From Octopus sinensis (Eukaryota): DNA of 64,000 nucleotides. Made by a program: the position numbers and the translations under genes. The notes beneath the pieces are model-generated. The model saw only the letters and a program-made list of their open reading frames with translations. It did no database searches and was not told the DNA's origin. The stretch lies in contig NC_043017.1 in the NCBI RefSeq assembly GCF_006345805.1, forward strand, positions 22,568,001-22,632,000. Direction: 5' to 3'. Positions 1 through 12,600 of this stretch are shown piece by piece. Numbering within the stretch: position 1 is the stretch's first letter; each line of letters opens with the position of its first letter.

Positions 1-183
1 TCATAGATATTTGATGTTAAAAAAATTCGATTATATTTTTATCTTTAAGTATAAGAAATTGCATAAAAAAAATTGTTAAAACATTATTGAAAAAAGGGTA
101 ACCAATTTATTGCCTATGAACTTTGACAACGAAATCTTATGTGGACCCCCATGGGTCACGTGGGCCCCTGTTGAGAACCATTG
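1..183. mobile_element. 3' part of a hAT-type MITE, truncated by the window edge
   Basis: Ends in gttgagaaccattg, matching the TIR of the copies at 16190-16664 and 50736-51751; shares internal text (…gatgtt(t)aaaaa…aggaattg…ggaccc). Confidence 0.7.
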
Positions 184-513
184 CTCGCATAGTCATCCAG
201 CCTACTAAAAGAAGCAGTCAAATTTCCCTCAAACCACATTCTACTATGTTGCTAAAAGATACAGACACAATATGCATGACAGTTTTGGATGAATTGCCTA
301 CTAATAAGATGAGATGGTCATCACTGGAATTCCTTTGATCATAGATTTATTCAGTTAAGGTTGACCTGGAATTAAACAAGTACATCCTCTAAGCTTTGAT
401 ATGGTCTTTTCACATGCTAGAATTAGCAGCCAAATCGCTTGAAGTCACAGAAATAACAGAACAAAAAAGGCAGGAAGAACAAAGCTGGAATGTATTTCAT
501 CATAAATCTATTT

Positions 514-732
514 CAGTGCTTTTCAAACGTTTTGCTGGAGCGGAACCCCAAGGAAACATTCCACTGGCTCGGGGAACCCCTGTGCAATAATTTAATAGTC
601 TTATGCACACATATCTGCACAGGAAAATTAAAAATTACTGCCAATTTTAGCAGTTTTGTAACTTCTTGCGGAACCCCTGGACTGTACTGGCGGAACCCTA
701 AGGTTCCGCGGAACCCTGGTTGAAAACCACGG
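514..732. mobile_element. hAT-type MITE with 8-bp TSD
   Basis: Imperfect TIRs cagtgcttttcaaac / ggttgaaaaccacgg. Perfect 8-bp TSD ATCTATTT at 506-513 and 733-740. Repeated subterminal (g)cggaaccc motifs. An 8-bp TSD is diagnostic of hAT (established). Confidence 0.9.
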
Positions 733-1388
733 ATCTATTTAAACAGAGTTGAGCTTCAGTTAAACAATTACCATTCACCAATGATTGTAACAAACCAACA
801 GACCGATAGACTGGTAGACAGATGGACAGACAGTAGACCAGATAGACGAGCATATAAAAAAGAGTGAACATCAACATGAAATGTTGAATTGGCAATGGAA
901 TTCTTCTATCGCTGAGTAATTTGAGGAAGATTTGATTGCTATTTCTAGCAGTCGAATGACCACTAGCAGGTCATTCATTGTCTTGAGTTCTATAGTATTG
1001 TTAACAAATTTACTGAAATAGTTGAGTGCACTGATAACGTAGTTGCAGAATTTACATGGGTTGGATCTCAAGTAAGAGGCACCATTTATATTGAAGACAT
1101 AAAGCACACATCTTTCTTGTCTGTTTGTCATTAGATTGCTGTCTCTTAGTTCCACTGCTTAAGTATAGAATAAATGTGTTCCTGTAATCTATATGTACGC
1201 ACTCAAGAGTATAATAGTTAAGATGTAGGAAAAGCTGTTTTAGAGTATTAACAATATGATGTTAAAATGACAAAAGCGATCAATGGCTGATAGGAATAGT
1301 ACAGATATTGGTGCATTTAAAGTTCAGTACTTATAAAGTAGTGCCAGATTTTCGATATTTTATTCTGATGGTGATTTTAATCTATGGC

Positions 1389-2061
1389 TGCAAGCTGGCG
1401 AAATTGTTAACACACCAGGCAAAATGTTTTGCAGCATTTCATCCGTCTTTACGTTTTGAGTTCAAATTCCACTGAGGTTGACTTTAATTTCTGAAAGCAG
1501 TGAGCTGGTAGAATCATTAGCATGCTGGGCGAAATGACCTGCAGCACTTCATCCATCTTAATGTTCTGAGTTCAAATTCCACTGAGGTTGACTTTAAGGG
1601 TGTGAGCTGGTAGAATTGTCACTGTGCCAGAACAAATTCTTAGTGGCATTTTGTCCATCTTTACATTCTGAATTCAAATGCCACAGGTGTCAACTTTGCC
1701 TTTCATCTTTTTAGGGTTAATAAAATAAGTACCAGCTGAGCACTGGGGTCACTATAACTGACTTAGCCCTTTCCCCCAAAACTGCTGGCCTTGTGCCAAC
1801 ATTTTAAATCATTATTCTGATAGTGATTTTATTCTTGGGTGGTGAGGTGGCAGAATCGTCAGCACATCAGGCAATATGCTTAGCAGCATTTCATCTCTCT
1901 TTACATTCTGAGTTCAAATTCTACCATTGTTGACTTTGCCTTTCATCCTTTTGTGGGGGAGTCGATAATATAAGTACCAGTTAAACACTGGGGATCAATA
2001 TAATCAGCATTCTGCCTCCCCAAAAATTGCTATCCCTGCGCCTAAATTCGAAACCAATATC
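1389..2061 (+). mobile_element. Cluster of four head-to-tail degenerate SINE-B copies
   Basis: Repeated gagctgg(c/t)agaa…ttctgagttcaaattcc…gactttgcctttcatc motifs starting near 1389, 1497, 1598 and 1840. Confidence 0.8.
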
Positions 2062-2429
2062 TTATTCTGATGTTGAGATATATTACACAGGAAAGTTGAT
2101 AGAATGATTTTTTAAAAGTTCAATTGCTCTATAGACTGGGAAGTCTAACATTTCAGGTTGTTATTCTCCAATGAAGAGTTGAAAAAGACGAAAATGTCAT
2201 TAACTTAGCAGACATCAATGATTGAACCTGCAACATTGGACTTTACATTCCTCACGGCACTCATCAACTCATCAACACTGTATTAGCTCTTGTTTGGATT
2301 AATTCTTGCCGACACAGCCTGTCACCAGTTTCCTTGAAGTCTAGACTTTATCCAATTAACAGAGATGATTTCATGATCGCTTTAATTATATATTAATGTA
2401 TTTTGTCTGAGGTATAAAAAGCCGTGATG

Positions 2430-3230
2430 CAACAGCTAAAATTTTAGAGGATAATGTTGTTTTCATGTTGAGATAGTAAGAATAACACGAGTTGGGGGAG
2501 AAATGCGCTCAAGTAACTTTGTTATGTAAATCTAATCTGCAGAATTTTGGAATTATTGGCAGAGAAGATGAAGAGAAATTATTTCTCAGACATATACCAA
2601 AATGAAAATAAACAGAGATGTAAACCAGTTAGGAAGATGATGATTATTGTTATTGTTGTTATGGATAAAATATACTTCAGAAAACTACTTATGATCCAAT
2701 TTAACTTCTGAAGCTTGGGGTTTTATTGCAGTGTTTTTTATTTATTTATTTATTTATTTTGCTTATCTTTGGTAAAATGATTGCAATATAATGACAATGT
2801 GTAGACATGATAAATGGCTGGAGTGGAGCAGAATTTATGTCAAGTATTTTGATTCATAATTTTCAGTGGATAAGTACAAAGATAAACCAGACAGTGCAAG
2901 TAACTCGAGCTGAAAGACTTGCGGATTCACAATTATTAAGGTAAAAATAACTTGTACAAAGACTGAGCTGGTGGACAGAACATCCTGTAGTTTACTTGAG
3001 GAAAGGAAAAATAATATAAAAGAAAAAAAAAGAAATACTCTTGAGGCCAGAATATTATGCTACAACTCGATTCTCTAATTTAATGTACCAACATTTACCA
3101 AGATTATGTTATCGACTAGGAAAGAAGAGCAGATATTAATATTGACTTGGCATAAACTAGGTTGAAAATATGAAGCTGATAGATATGTATGGCAGGAGAT
3201 GAAGCAATGATTATATACACCCAACACATT
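2430..3230 (+). pseudogene. Possible very degenerate non-LTR retrotransposon RT remnant
   Basis: Broken frames give ILELLAEKM…, EDD (ADD-like) and YL(W/G) in RT-like order, with many stops and frameshifts. Weak inference only. Confidence 0.3.
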
Positions 3231-3425
3231 ACACAGTACACCACCATACAAGCAGAAGAGAGATGACCCAGTGGATAAAGGATTGGACTACTTATTTGTA
3301 GGTTGTGTGTTCAAATTTGATGCAAGCGTTTTACTATCTTTCCAAACAGAGAACTTTATTTTACATTATATGACAGCTGAATTTACCTAATTAACAATAA
3401 CATAGTTAATTAATACATTAATGTA

Positions 3426-3792
3426 CAGTAATCTCTCACCATATCGCGGTTCACCTATCGCAGTTTATTATTTAAGCTTATGTTGATTCCTCTGTGGTGT
3501 TGTTTTGCATTTATAATAAAATAAATATATACATCATCATCATCGTTTAACATCCGTTTTCCATGCTAGCATGGGTTGGATGGTTCGACCGGGATCTGGG
3601 AAGCCAGAAGGCTACACCAGGCTCCGGTCTGATCTGGCAGTGTTTCTACAGCTGGATGCCCTTCCTAACACCATGCCAAATTATAAAAATGATTTTAAAA
3701 ATATACAGTACAGTACTGTTTCTACTTCACGGATTTTCACCTATCACTGGGGGTTTTGGAACATAACAACCATGATAATCGAAGGATTACTG
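3426..3792. mobile_element. Tigger/pogo-like (Tc1-mariner) MITE, interrupted by element C
   Basis: TA|cagtaatctctc … gaaggattactg|TA, i.e. TIRs with a TA TSD. Confidence 0.8.
3532..3677 (-). mobile_element. Element C: 3' end of a (GAT)n-tailed retroposon
   Basis: catcatcatcatcgtttaacatccgttttccatgctagcatgggttgga…ggatgcccttcctaac; the same block occurs at 27100, 33085, 40703 and 58638. Confidence 0.85.
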
Positions 3793-3811
3793 TATAAGAT
3801 AAAGTCGTATG

Positions 3812-3985
3812 TTGGCTGAATCATTAGAATGCCAAGCAAAAGGCTTTGTGACATTTTGGTGATCATATTCTTAGTTCAAATTCCGCTGAGGTCAACTTTG
3901 CCTTTCATCCTTTTGGGGTTGATAAAATAAGTTGATGTAATTGGCTTACCTGCCACCCCACTGAAATTGCTAGCCTTGTCATGGT
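3812..3985 (+). mobile_element. Degenerate SINE-B
   Basis: agttcaaattccgctgaggtcaactttgcctttcatccttttggggttgataaaataag core. Confidence 0.75.
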
Positions 3986-4151
3986 GGGAGGGGACAAACA
4001 CAGACACACAAATATATACAAATATATATAAAGCCTGGCATGTATATATATATACATATATAAATATATATATATATATATATTTAATAAAATGATGTAG
4101 TACGAAACGATTGTACCAAATTACCGGAGTCATTCTTGTTGCTTATTCTGA

Positions 4152-4192
<41 letters not shown>

Positions 4193-4229
4193 CATAAAGC
4201 CTGGCATGTATGTATATATATATATATAT

Positions 4230-4390
4230 GACGGCTTTTTTCAGTTTCCATCTACCAAATCCACTCACAAAGCTTTGGTCAGCCCGAGGCTATAGTAGAA
4301 AACACTGCGCCCAAGGTGCCACATAGTGGTAATGAACCCAGAACCATGTGTTTGGGAAGCAAGCTTCTTACCACACAGCCATGCCTGCCC
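4230..4390 (-). mobile_element. SINE-A 5' half
   Basis: Reverse complement of the SINE-A tRNA-like head and …ggatttggtagatggaaactgaaa core. Confidence 0.85.
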
Positions 4391-5423
4391 CTTAATGTGT
4401 AAGATATTGATTAACTACTCACATAGACTGTAAGTTCAAATGTTTTCATGAAATTTTGTTGTTATGCTTTTGTAAGCCTTTATTCTACCTTGTAGTTCAA
4501 CTAGCAGTTGAGAATATGTAGCAGACAAAAAGAAGAAAGATACAGGGTGTTCATAAATTATGTTTAAAACCTTATGTGATATATTGTATTAAATTGTAAA
4601 GAGAATTTATGGACACACTGTATTTCTCATATGTTTACTGTCACAAAACTAGAGCTAAGTAGTAACCCTCAAAAGCTTTTAAGGTATTGTGGTCGCATCT
4701 ACAATACATCCTCATACATCATTTTTGTTTTTATCTCCTATCATACTCTGCTATTTCACCCAGAAGTTTACTTCAGATCAAACCAGCAAACACCAGGGAA
4801 GGCATAGAATTGAAGAAAAAAATATCCAAAAGAAAGTACATTTGAACACACAGAATCCAATAACCTGTCTTTTATAATCAAACATTTCCAAAACTGTTGA
4901 AAACTTGACTCAAACAAAGAGAAACCTGTTGAAAGAGTTTTGGAATTTTACTTGGTATTTTTTTTTTTTACCCCTATTTTTACAAAATCCTTTCATAAAA
5001 ATAAATTACAAAGGTTTCTCTGAAATTTTTTTTCCTTCTCTTTAATATTTGAATTTAATAAATAATAAAATAAACTTGAAAAACAAAGTAAAATTAAAGA
5101 AAACAAAAAAAAAACTAAAACCAAAATGCAAAAAAACAAACAAAACAAAACAATAGTATTACTGAATATAAACACTTGAAATATCAAAGAATTCTTGATG
5201 TAACAGACTTCTAGATAAATTAAAAATGGCTGAACACAAAGAGCATTAGATACTGGTTAGGATCAGTGAGAATGAAGCACATGTTGAATATATTATCAGA
5301 ACCACGAGTATTGACTTCCAACTGAATAACAACTGTGGGAATGATAGATGAAAGAAAACTATCAATAAATCATTCTCCCTCCATTAAAATAACAATAAAA
5401 TCCACGCGTGCTTGCACGTATAT

Positions 5424-5429
5424 CCATAC

Positions 5430-5474
<45 letters not shown>

Positions 5475-5519
5475 TATATATACATATATATATATATATA
5501 TACATATATATATACACAC

Positions 5520-5550
<31 letters not shown>

Positions 5551-5619
5551 CACACACACATATATATAAATATATATATATATATACACACACACACATA
5601 TATATATATATATACACAC

Positions 5620-5652
<33 letters not shown>

Positions 5653-5665
5653 AACATGTATGTAT
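5424..5665. repeat. TA/CA compound microsatellite
   Basis: Directly visible (TA)n/(CA)n mosaic. Confidence 0.95.
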
Positions 5666-5950
5666 GTAAGAGGGTTGGTAGGTACGTCTGTGCGTTTGTG
5701 GAAGAAAGAAAAAGAAAGTGGGTGAAATGCAACGTAATACAAACCCAAGACGTTCGTCACATGGAACTTGGGCTGCTAACATGTAAATGAAAAACATCAG
5801 TGATATACAATTGGTTAGCAAAATAAATTTTCTGGAGTTTTCAACTGGAGTACTGCTATATTCCAGAATTCCTATTACAGTTAAAGTGCTCCTCCAACTT
5901 GACTTCATTTTGGTTGTTAATGGGTAGGTCTATGTTATATTTGTTTATTT

Positions 5951-6343
5951 TTTTACTTGTTTCAGTCATTTGACTGTAGCCATGCTGGAGCACTGCCTTT
6001 AGTTGAACAAATCGACCCCGGGACTTATTCTTTGTAAGCCCAGTACTTATTCTATCGGTCTCTTTTGCCGAACCGCTCAGTGACAGGGACGTAAACACAC
6101 CAGCATCGGTTGTCAAGCAATGGTAGGGGGACAAACACAGACACACAAACACACACACATACATATATATACATATATACGATGGGCTTCTTTCAGTTTC
6201 CGTCTACCAAATCCACTCACAAGGCTTTGGTCGGCCTGGGGCTATAGCAGAAGACACTTGCCCAAGATGCCACGCAGTGGGACTGAACCCGGAACCATGT
6301 GGTTGGTTAGCAAGCTACTTACCACACAGCCACTCCTGCGCCT
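5951..6343 (-). mobile_element. SINE-A, full length
   Basis: tRNA-like head (A box tggctgtgtgg, B box ggttcagtccc) on the minus strand, internal TA/CA microsatellite, 3' end …gtcaaatgactgaaacaagtaaaa. Confidence 0.9.
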
Positions 6344-6361
6344 ATGTTATATTCGTTTATT

Positions 6362-6598
6362 CTTTTACTTGTTTCAGTCATTTGACTGCACCCATGCTGG
6401 AGCACTGTCTTTAGTTGAACAAATCGATCACAGGACTTATTCTTTGTAAGCCTAGTACATATTTTCTCAATCTCTTTTGCTGAACTACTTAGTTACAGGG
6501 ACATAAACACACCAGCACCGGTTGTCAAGCGATGGTAGGAGACAAAAAAAAGACATACATACATACATAAATATATATATATGATGAGCTTCTTTCAG
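6362..6598 (-). mobile_element. SINE-A 3' half, in tandem with the preceding copy
   Basis: ttttacttgtttcagtcatttgactgc…gcttctttcag. Confidence 0.85.
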
Positions 6599-6627
6599 CT
6601 AGGAAATCTAAATTTTCAATTATTTAT

Positions 6628-6800
6628 TAGTTTCAAATTTTGGCACAAGGCCAGCAATTTCAGGTTTGGAGAGCTAGTTGATTGCACTGACCCTAGAGCT
6701 CAACTAGTATTTAGTTTATCAACCTGAAAAGGATGAAAAGTTAAGTCAACTTTGGTAGAGTTTGAACTCAGAACTTAAAGACACACAAAATGCACCAAAA
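6628..6800 (-). mobile_element. Degenerate SINE-B
   Basis: aaaggatgaaaagttaagtcaac…tttgaactcagaac, the reverse complement of the SINE-B core. Confidence 0.7.
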
Positions 6801-7351
6801 ATTTTTGAATTAATTATTACTAATTCAAATAGATAACTGCATTTTTTGTAATGTATTACACCATTGTTATTATTTAGCAAGTTATCTAGGGATTAACAGA
6901 GTATGTTCTGTGTGAACATGTTAATTCTGTGAAAGGTTATTCTAGAGAACCATATCCAAATATTCATTTGGGTAATACTATTCCTATACCAATCTGCACA
7001 CCTCAATGTCATCATAACATTATTGGTGATGAGATATTCAAACCCCAAAGACATAAGAAATATCCTAACCACTATGCTATGTGCCTCCATAAATATATGA
7101 ATAAAGTGTTTATTACAACAATTAAGCTAGAGAAACTAATTTAAACATAACATTAAAAGCTGAAAGGATTTCATAAATAAAACTGGGAGGATGAGCAACT
7201 GAGAAAGAGTCTATGGAATCAAACTCAAAACCTTACAATAGTGAGCCAAATGCACTAACCACTAAACCACGTATCTTCACCATTGAGTACAGCATAGTAA
7301 AAATGTATCCTACTTTTGCTATTTGCTCTAGATTCTTATGTAGTCATGAAC

Positions 7352-7760
7352 AGGCGCAGGAGTGGCTGTGTGGCAAGTAGCTTGTTTACCAACCACATGG
7401 TTCCGGGTTCAGTCCCACTGCGTGACACCTTGGGCAAGTGTCTTCTACTATAGCCTCGGGCCGACCAATGCCTTGTAAGTGGATTTGGTAGACGGAAACT
7501 GAAAAGAAGCCCGCCATATATATGTATATATATATATATATATATATGCATGTGTGTGTTTGTGTGTTTGTGTTTGTTCCCCTAGCATTGCTTGACAACC
7601 GATGCTAGTGTGTTATGTCCCCGTTACTTAGCGGTTCGGCAAAAGCGACTGATAGAATAAGTACTGAGCTTACAAAAGAATAAGTCCCGGGGTCGAGTTG
7701 CTCGATTAAAGGTGGTGCTCCAGCATGGCCGCAGTCAAATGACTGAAACAAGTAAAAGAG
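7352..7760 (+). mobile_element. SINE-A, full length
   Basis: aggcgcaggagtggctgtgtgg…ggttcagtcccactgcg…gactgaaacaagtaaaagag. Confidence 0.9.
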
Positions 7761-8437
7761 ATGTAGAGACCTTTTTAGGCCCACAGCACACCTAGAATGT
7801 GACAGCTAGAAGGTAAGAGGGCCACACCAGCATTCAACGGGTATTCCTTTACAGCTGAGTCATCGGGAGCATCTGAATTGAAGTGACTTGTTTAAGGACA
7901 CACAGGATGCCTGTTCTTGGAATTGAACCCACAATTTTATGACTATGAACAAAACACCCTAACCACTATGCTATACATACAAAGAACCATAGAAACACAA
8001 TTTCTTTCAGATCATATAATCTTTTATTGGTATTCTATATCAATTCCAGTACTTTGTCTGGCATTCATTTTAATGATCTCTGTTTATTAAATGGCTATTT
8101 TCACCTATCAAGTTATATCTCTTTAGGGACATGATATAATTGGTATTTACACCAGAATGCACAAATACAGATACAGCTACCAAAAATCTGCTACATATGT
8201 AAATTAGTCTATATTAGTAAAGTAGTCTATTAGTCTATCCAGTCTGTTTAAGCCTTCAGTAATTGTGGGTTTATAAGCAGAATCTCCTTGGATGATTAAA
8301 GAGGGTACTCGCAAATGAAATCCCAACACAGAAGGGAAACTAGTTTGATATATCCTACTATTTCTCTCCACAGAAATACTGTATGTATTGACAAAGTGCT
8401 TGCCTCTGTCTAGACATGATTAAAAAATCTATAGATA

Positions 8438-8820
8438 TAGGCACAGGTATGGTTGAATGGTGAGGAGCTTGCTTCTCAGTCACATGGCTCTGGGTTCACT
8501 GCCACTGCATGGCACCTTGGGCGAGTGTCTCTTACCAAAGCCTTGTAAGTGGGTTTGATAGATGGAAACTGAAAGAAGCCCTTCATATATATGTGTGTGT
8601 GTGTGTGTGTTTGTGTGTCTATGTGTGTGCCTTTGTGTCTGTTTGACAACTGGCCTTGGTGCATTTATGTCCCCATAACTTAGTGGTTCAGCCAAAGAGA
8701 CCTATACAATAAGTACTAGGCTTTAAAAATGTTCTGGGGCTGATTTGGTCGACTAAAACCTTTCAAGGTGGTGCTCCAGCATGGCTGCAGTCAAATGACT
8801 GAAACAAGTAATAGAATAAA
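8438..8820 (+). mobile_element. SINE-A, diverged
   Basis: Same module order as 7352-7760 with more substitutions. Confidence 0.8.
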
Positions 8821-10689
8821 GGAATACATACATACATACATACACACCAAGAGGCTTCTGCACAGTTTCCTATCAATCAAATTTCCCAAACAAAGCATTG
8901 GTCATTTCCCAACCACAGCAGAACAGCTTGCTCCAGATGTTAAACAGACAGACCAAAAGTGGAATAAATGAAAAACACATGTCTTTATCACAAAGACATG
9001 CCTAGAGAAAAGTCTTCTTTGATTCATGTTTATAAAGCTTCTGGTTAGTGTTGGTCAAAATGTAATGGAATGAAAGGAGATACTCATACACAGAGAGGAT
9101 AACTCAAAGGCTTTCTAGCAGTGACCCTTTTTTTTTTTTCGAACATGGTATACCTATATCTACCTTATCTAATATAACCTTTTTTAAGATGGTAACTTAA
9201 TATGTAATATGAAGGAGATTGGCAGCTATTTCTAGCAAGATGCGCAACCATATAGATTTCCTTTCTCTGGCTTGCAAGTCACCATTTATTCTAGCCAAAC
9301 TTCAATAGAGCTTTTGGCTCCTTCATTTTACTCACAAGAAATTATCTTGTTCTAAAATGTTCACATTTTGGAGAAGCAACAATTTTACCAGAATAATAGT
9401 TCAGACTAACTGACATTCTTTCAGTGATGATAAGAACTCATTGGTGTGAAATATGATACAATACAATAAATACAGTTGTCATAAAAGAAAAAAAGAGAGA
9501 AAAAGTTGAGCATTGTAAGAAGACAGATAATTCTACTGGATTTCCTTAGATTTTTCAGCTCTGTGCCTTTCTTTAGAAGCACCAAAACATATCCTACTAT
9601 GTCACCAATGCCTTCTGGAGAGACACGCTTTTTGTACTGGACAGCTAAAATTTGTCATGTATTTATAGGCACAGATGTGGCTGTGCAGTAAGAAGTTTTC
9701 TTCCCAGCCACATAGTTCCAGGTTCAATCCCACTGTGTGGAACTTTGGGTGAGTATCTTCTAAGGCCTTAACTTATAGAGTTAAGATTAATGCATTAATT
9801 TTCACATGTACAACCACTGGTTCGTCACAAACTTCACACAACTGCCTTATACATCACCAGTGGTACATTTTTATAATTTTAAAAAATATTTTATTCTGTG
9901 TCTTTGACATTAAAGTTTAATTACAAAATATTATGAAAATGTAAAAAACAAGAAAAACATACATTTCTTTGAAATTAAAAGGTATGCAGTGTGACTGAAA
10001 ATGTGTAGTGTCGCCAGTAAGTTCCAGCAACAGACCATGGCAGTTAATGTGTTAAATCATTTTTTCTAGTAAAATAATAAAAGCTATATCTCACACCCAG
10101 GGCCATCTTAACAGCATCATTAGGACCCCAGGTAAATTAATGTGCTGGGATCCTACATATGCAACTGCAGCATTCATTGATTAGATTTGGACATTTCCTA
10201 GACCCAAAGAGCCCTGAGTAACTGCTTTATGTGTCAACACTTCTTTCAACTTCCATCTACCAAATCCACTCACAGGGCTTTGGTTGGCTCAAGGCCATAG
10301 AAGATACTCACCCAAGGACTCCAGGCAAAGCAACATGCTACAACCACTAACACAACCACAGCATTCATAGATTGGCTTTGGACACTTCTGAGGCACACAG
10401 AGCCCTGAGCAACTCCCTGTGTATCCATACTTTAAACTGGCACTGCCCACAACAATGCTTGAGGTAACAATAAAATATAACCACATCTTAAGAGTGAAGG
10501 TAGAAACTTAAAGAGAATGGGCGTAATAAGAATCAATATTACAAATGAGACTAAAGACAGTTGATGGGTGGTGGGGGGAAACAACTTCTCGAGTAAAAGC
10601 ATGTTACAATCTCACAAACCAAAAGTACTTGGTAACAATATAAAAACAAAACATAAACAATACAACTCAAATATAAAATAAAATAAAAC

Positions 10690-11180
10690 CCGTGGTAGCA
10701 GCTTATGATTTATCGTCATTTGGTTTTACGGAACTAAAAATATCAGAAAGACTGGAAATAGTTGGAAACACAGTTTTCTTATTGGTCGAAATCAAATGAA
10801 GAATCATTTGATAAGTGGATCAATAAAAGCGCTGCCATTTTCCAACAGGATGTAATCTCTGCAGGGAGTCAGCTAATAACTTGATGTAGGTTAGGGGGAA
10901 GGATGGAAAAAAATGTCTGTGTAGCTAGGTGTCAGGTGGGGAGGAGAGGGAGGAAAAGTGAAAGTGAAAGTTGGATGGGTAGGGGGATGTGGAGACGAAA
11001 AGAAATGAGGTAGAGGAAAAAGGCCAGCATATTTGCCTGCCAAGTTTTGTATCAAACTGAAGCAGATCTCGCGCCCAGTATCGATCAATTTTGCTACTTG
11101 TACAGTTGTTGTCGGCGTCGTCGTTGTTGTTGGTGGTGTTGGTGGTGCTGGCCGTGATGGTGACAGTGGTGTCGATGGCA
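10690..11180. promoter_or_regulatory. CpG-enriched segment, possible promoter
   Basis: Roughly 15 CpGs in ~500 bp by eye, clearly above the flanks. ATTGG at 10781-10785 and a YY1-like gccatttt at 10834-10841. Function is inferred. Confidence 0.3.
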
Positions 11181-11999
11181 GTCATGGTGATGGTAGAGGC
11201 TCTAAGTGAAGAAGACAGAGGTTTATCTGAAACTAACTGTCAGAACTGACAGCAAACAGATGGGTTGTTGGACTGATGTTGCTCACTGCAATCCTACAAA
11301 CAACACAGCCAGATTGTTTTCCCTCGTGCTGTAGTTTGCCTGTGTTTTTAAGCAAAGACATGTGGTACCAGACATTGAGTGGCCATGATTGGAAGGAGTG
11401 GGAGGATGATCTTTTTATTTTTTTGTTTGTTTTGGCCTTTTTTAATAATTTTAGTATATTTTTTCTTCTTTAATAATATCATTGTCAAAACGACATGGAC
11501 TATCAATAAAGGAATTTGCAATCACATATGGTTAATTATCATTTGGGTGTTAATGTGGATATAATAATGTTAAACTTGCAGACGGATCAAGGAAATGATG
11601 TTGTGTACGTAAATCATCTACAATCATGCATGACTGCTTCCGAGGATCATATGTTTAATAATATAAGGTCACTGACACACAATGTGTTGTGATCTTTGAT
11701 CACCAGCGTCGTGTTTCTTTTCCTGGAAATAAAAACTGGTGTGGAGTATACTGCTTGCTGTGTTATGAGAAGTGGTGGAAGAGAAATAAATAGAAACTTC
11801 AAGGAGAAATAAATAGGTAAGGAAACATATGGAGGACTGAATAATGTGGGAGAAGGAGGAGATAAAGGGAGGGAGAACGACAAGGTGGGAAGAATGGCAT
11901 AAGGGACTTGAAGGACACATGACAAAGTAATGAAAGGAAAGGATTGGCTGCTATTTCTAAACTTCGGTATGTGGTAAAGTAAATCTTTACTGAACCCTA

Positions 12000-12039
<40 letters not shown>

Positions 12040-12600
12040 ATGTATATGTGTGGGTGTGTGTTTGTGTTGATGTGGGTAGTTGTGTGTATGAGTGTGTGAT
12101 TTTTGCTTAAATGTGTGAGGTCAGTCACTGCTTTCCCACGTCCCCTTTTAACCCTTCTTTTCTTAACATTATCCTAATGTCTCACCCTCTATTGTGCTAC
12201 ACCAACTTACTTTATAATATGCTTGATGGGGATACAAGGGCACGCAACAAATAATGTGCAGATTGTGTAATAGCACCAGTTGACTTGCAGAAATGTGTGT
12301 ATGTTACATAAAGCTTAGAAATTCCAATTACATTCTCTGCATTTTTTTATGACTGCGTATTTATTTAGAAATTTAATGTCTAATAACAAACTTCAATATA
12401 TTTCAATCTTTTGATCTTGTCAAACTAATCAAACTTTAGTCTGACAAGCTCAAAAGACTAAAATATACTTGTAGTAAGTTTTAATCACATTTAATCATTA
12501 ACTTTACAAATAAATATTCTCAGCAGTTTTTCATCTTGAGTCTTATATTTCATACCAACCACTACTGCCAATCAGTTACTTATATTCTTATATTCTTTTA

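Noticed and set aside
871-1155. Protein-like short ORFs (94 aa here; also 48958-49140, 50020-50229, 54611-54799)
   Set aside because: No recognisable domain or convincing paired splice sites; frames of 60-90 codons are expected many times by chance in 64 kb.
2867-2940. Plus-strand exon candidate WISTKINQTVQVTRAERLADSQLL with AG/GT ends
   Set aside because: It lies within what appears to be a decayed LINE RT remnant, and I found no partner exons.
6120-6449. Recurrent ORFs such as …SFRLPNPLTR…SGTEPGTMWLVSKLLTT and …VEDTCPRCHAVGLNPEPCGW
   Set aside because: Chance frames through SINE-A copies; the same peptide recurs wherever the SINE occurs.
8365-8371. Plus-strand microexon candidates (ctccacag|AAATACT|gtatgt; also tttcag|CAGTAATGGAAATGAG|gtaaaa near 22411)
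   Set aside because: Lengths are not multiples of three, there is no other support, and such matches are expected by chance.
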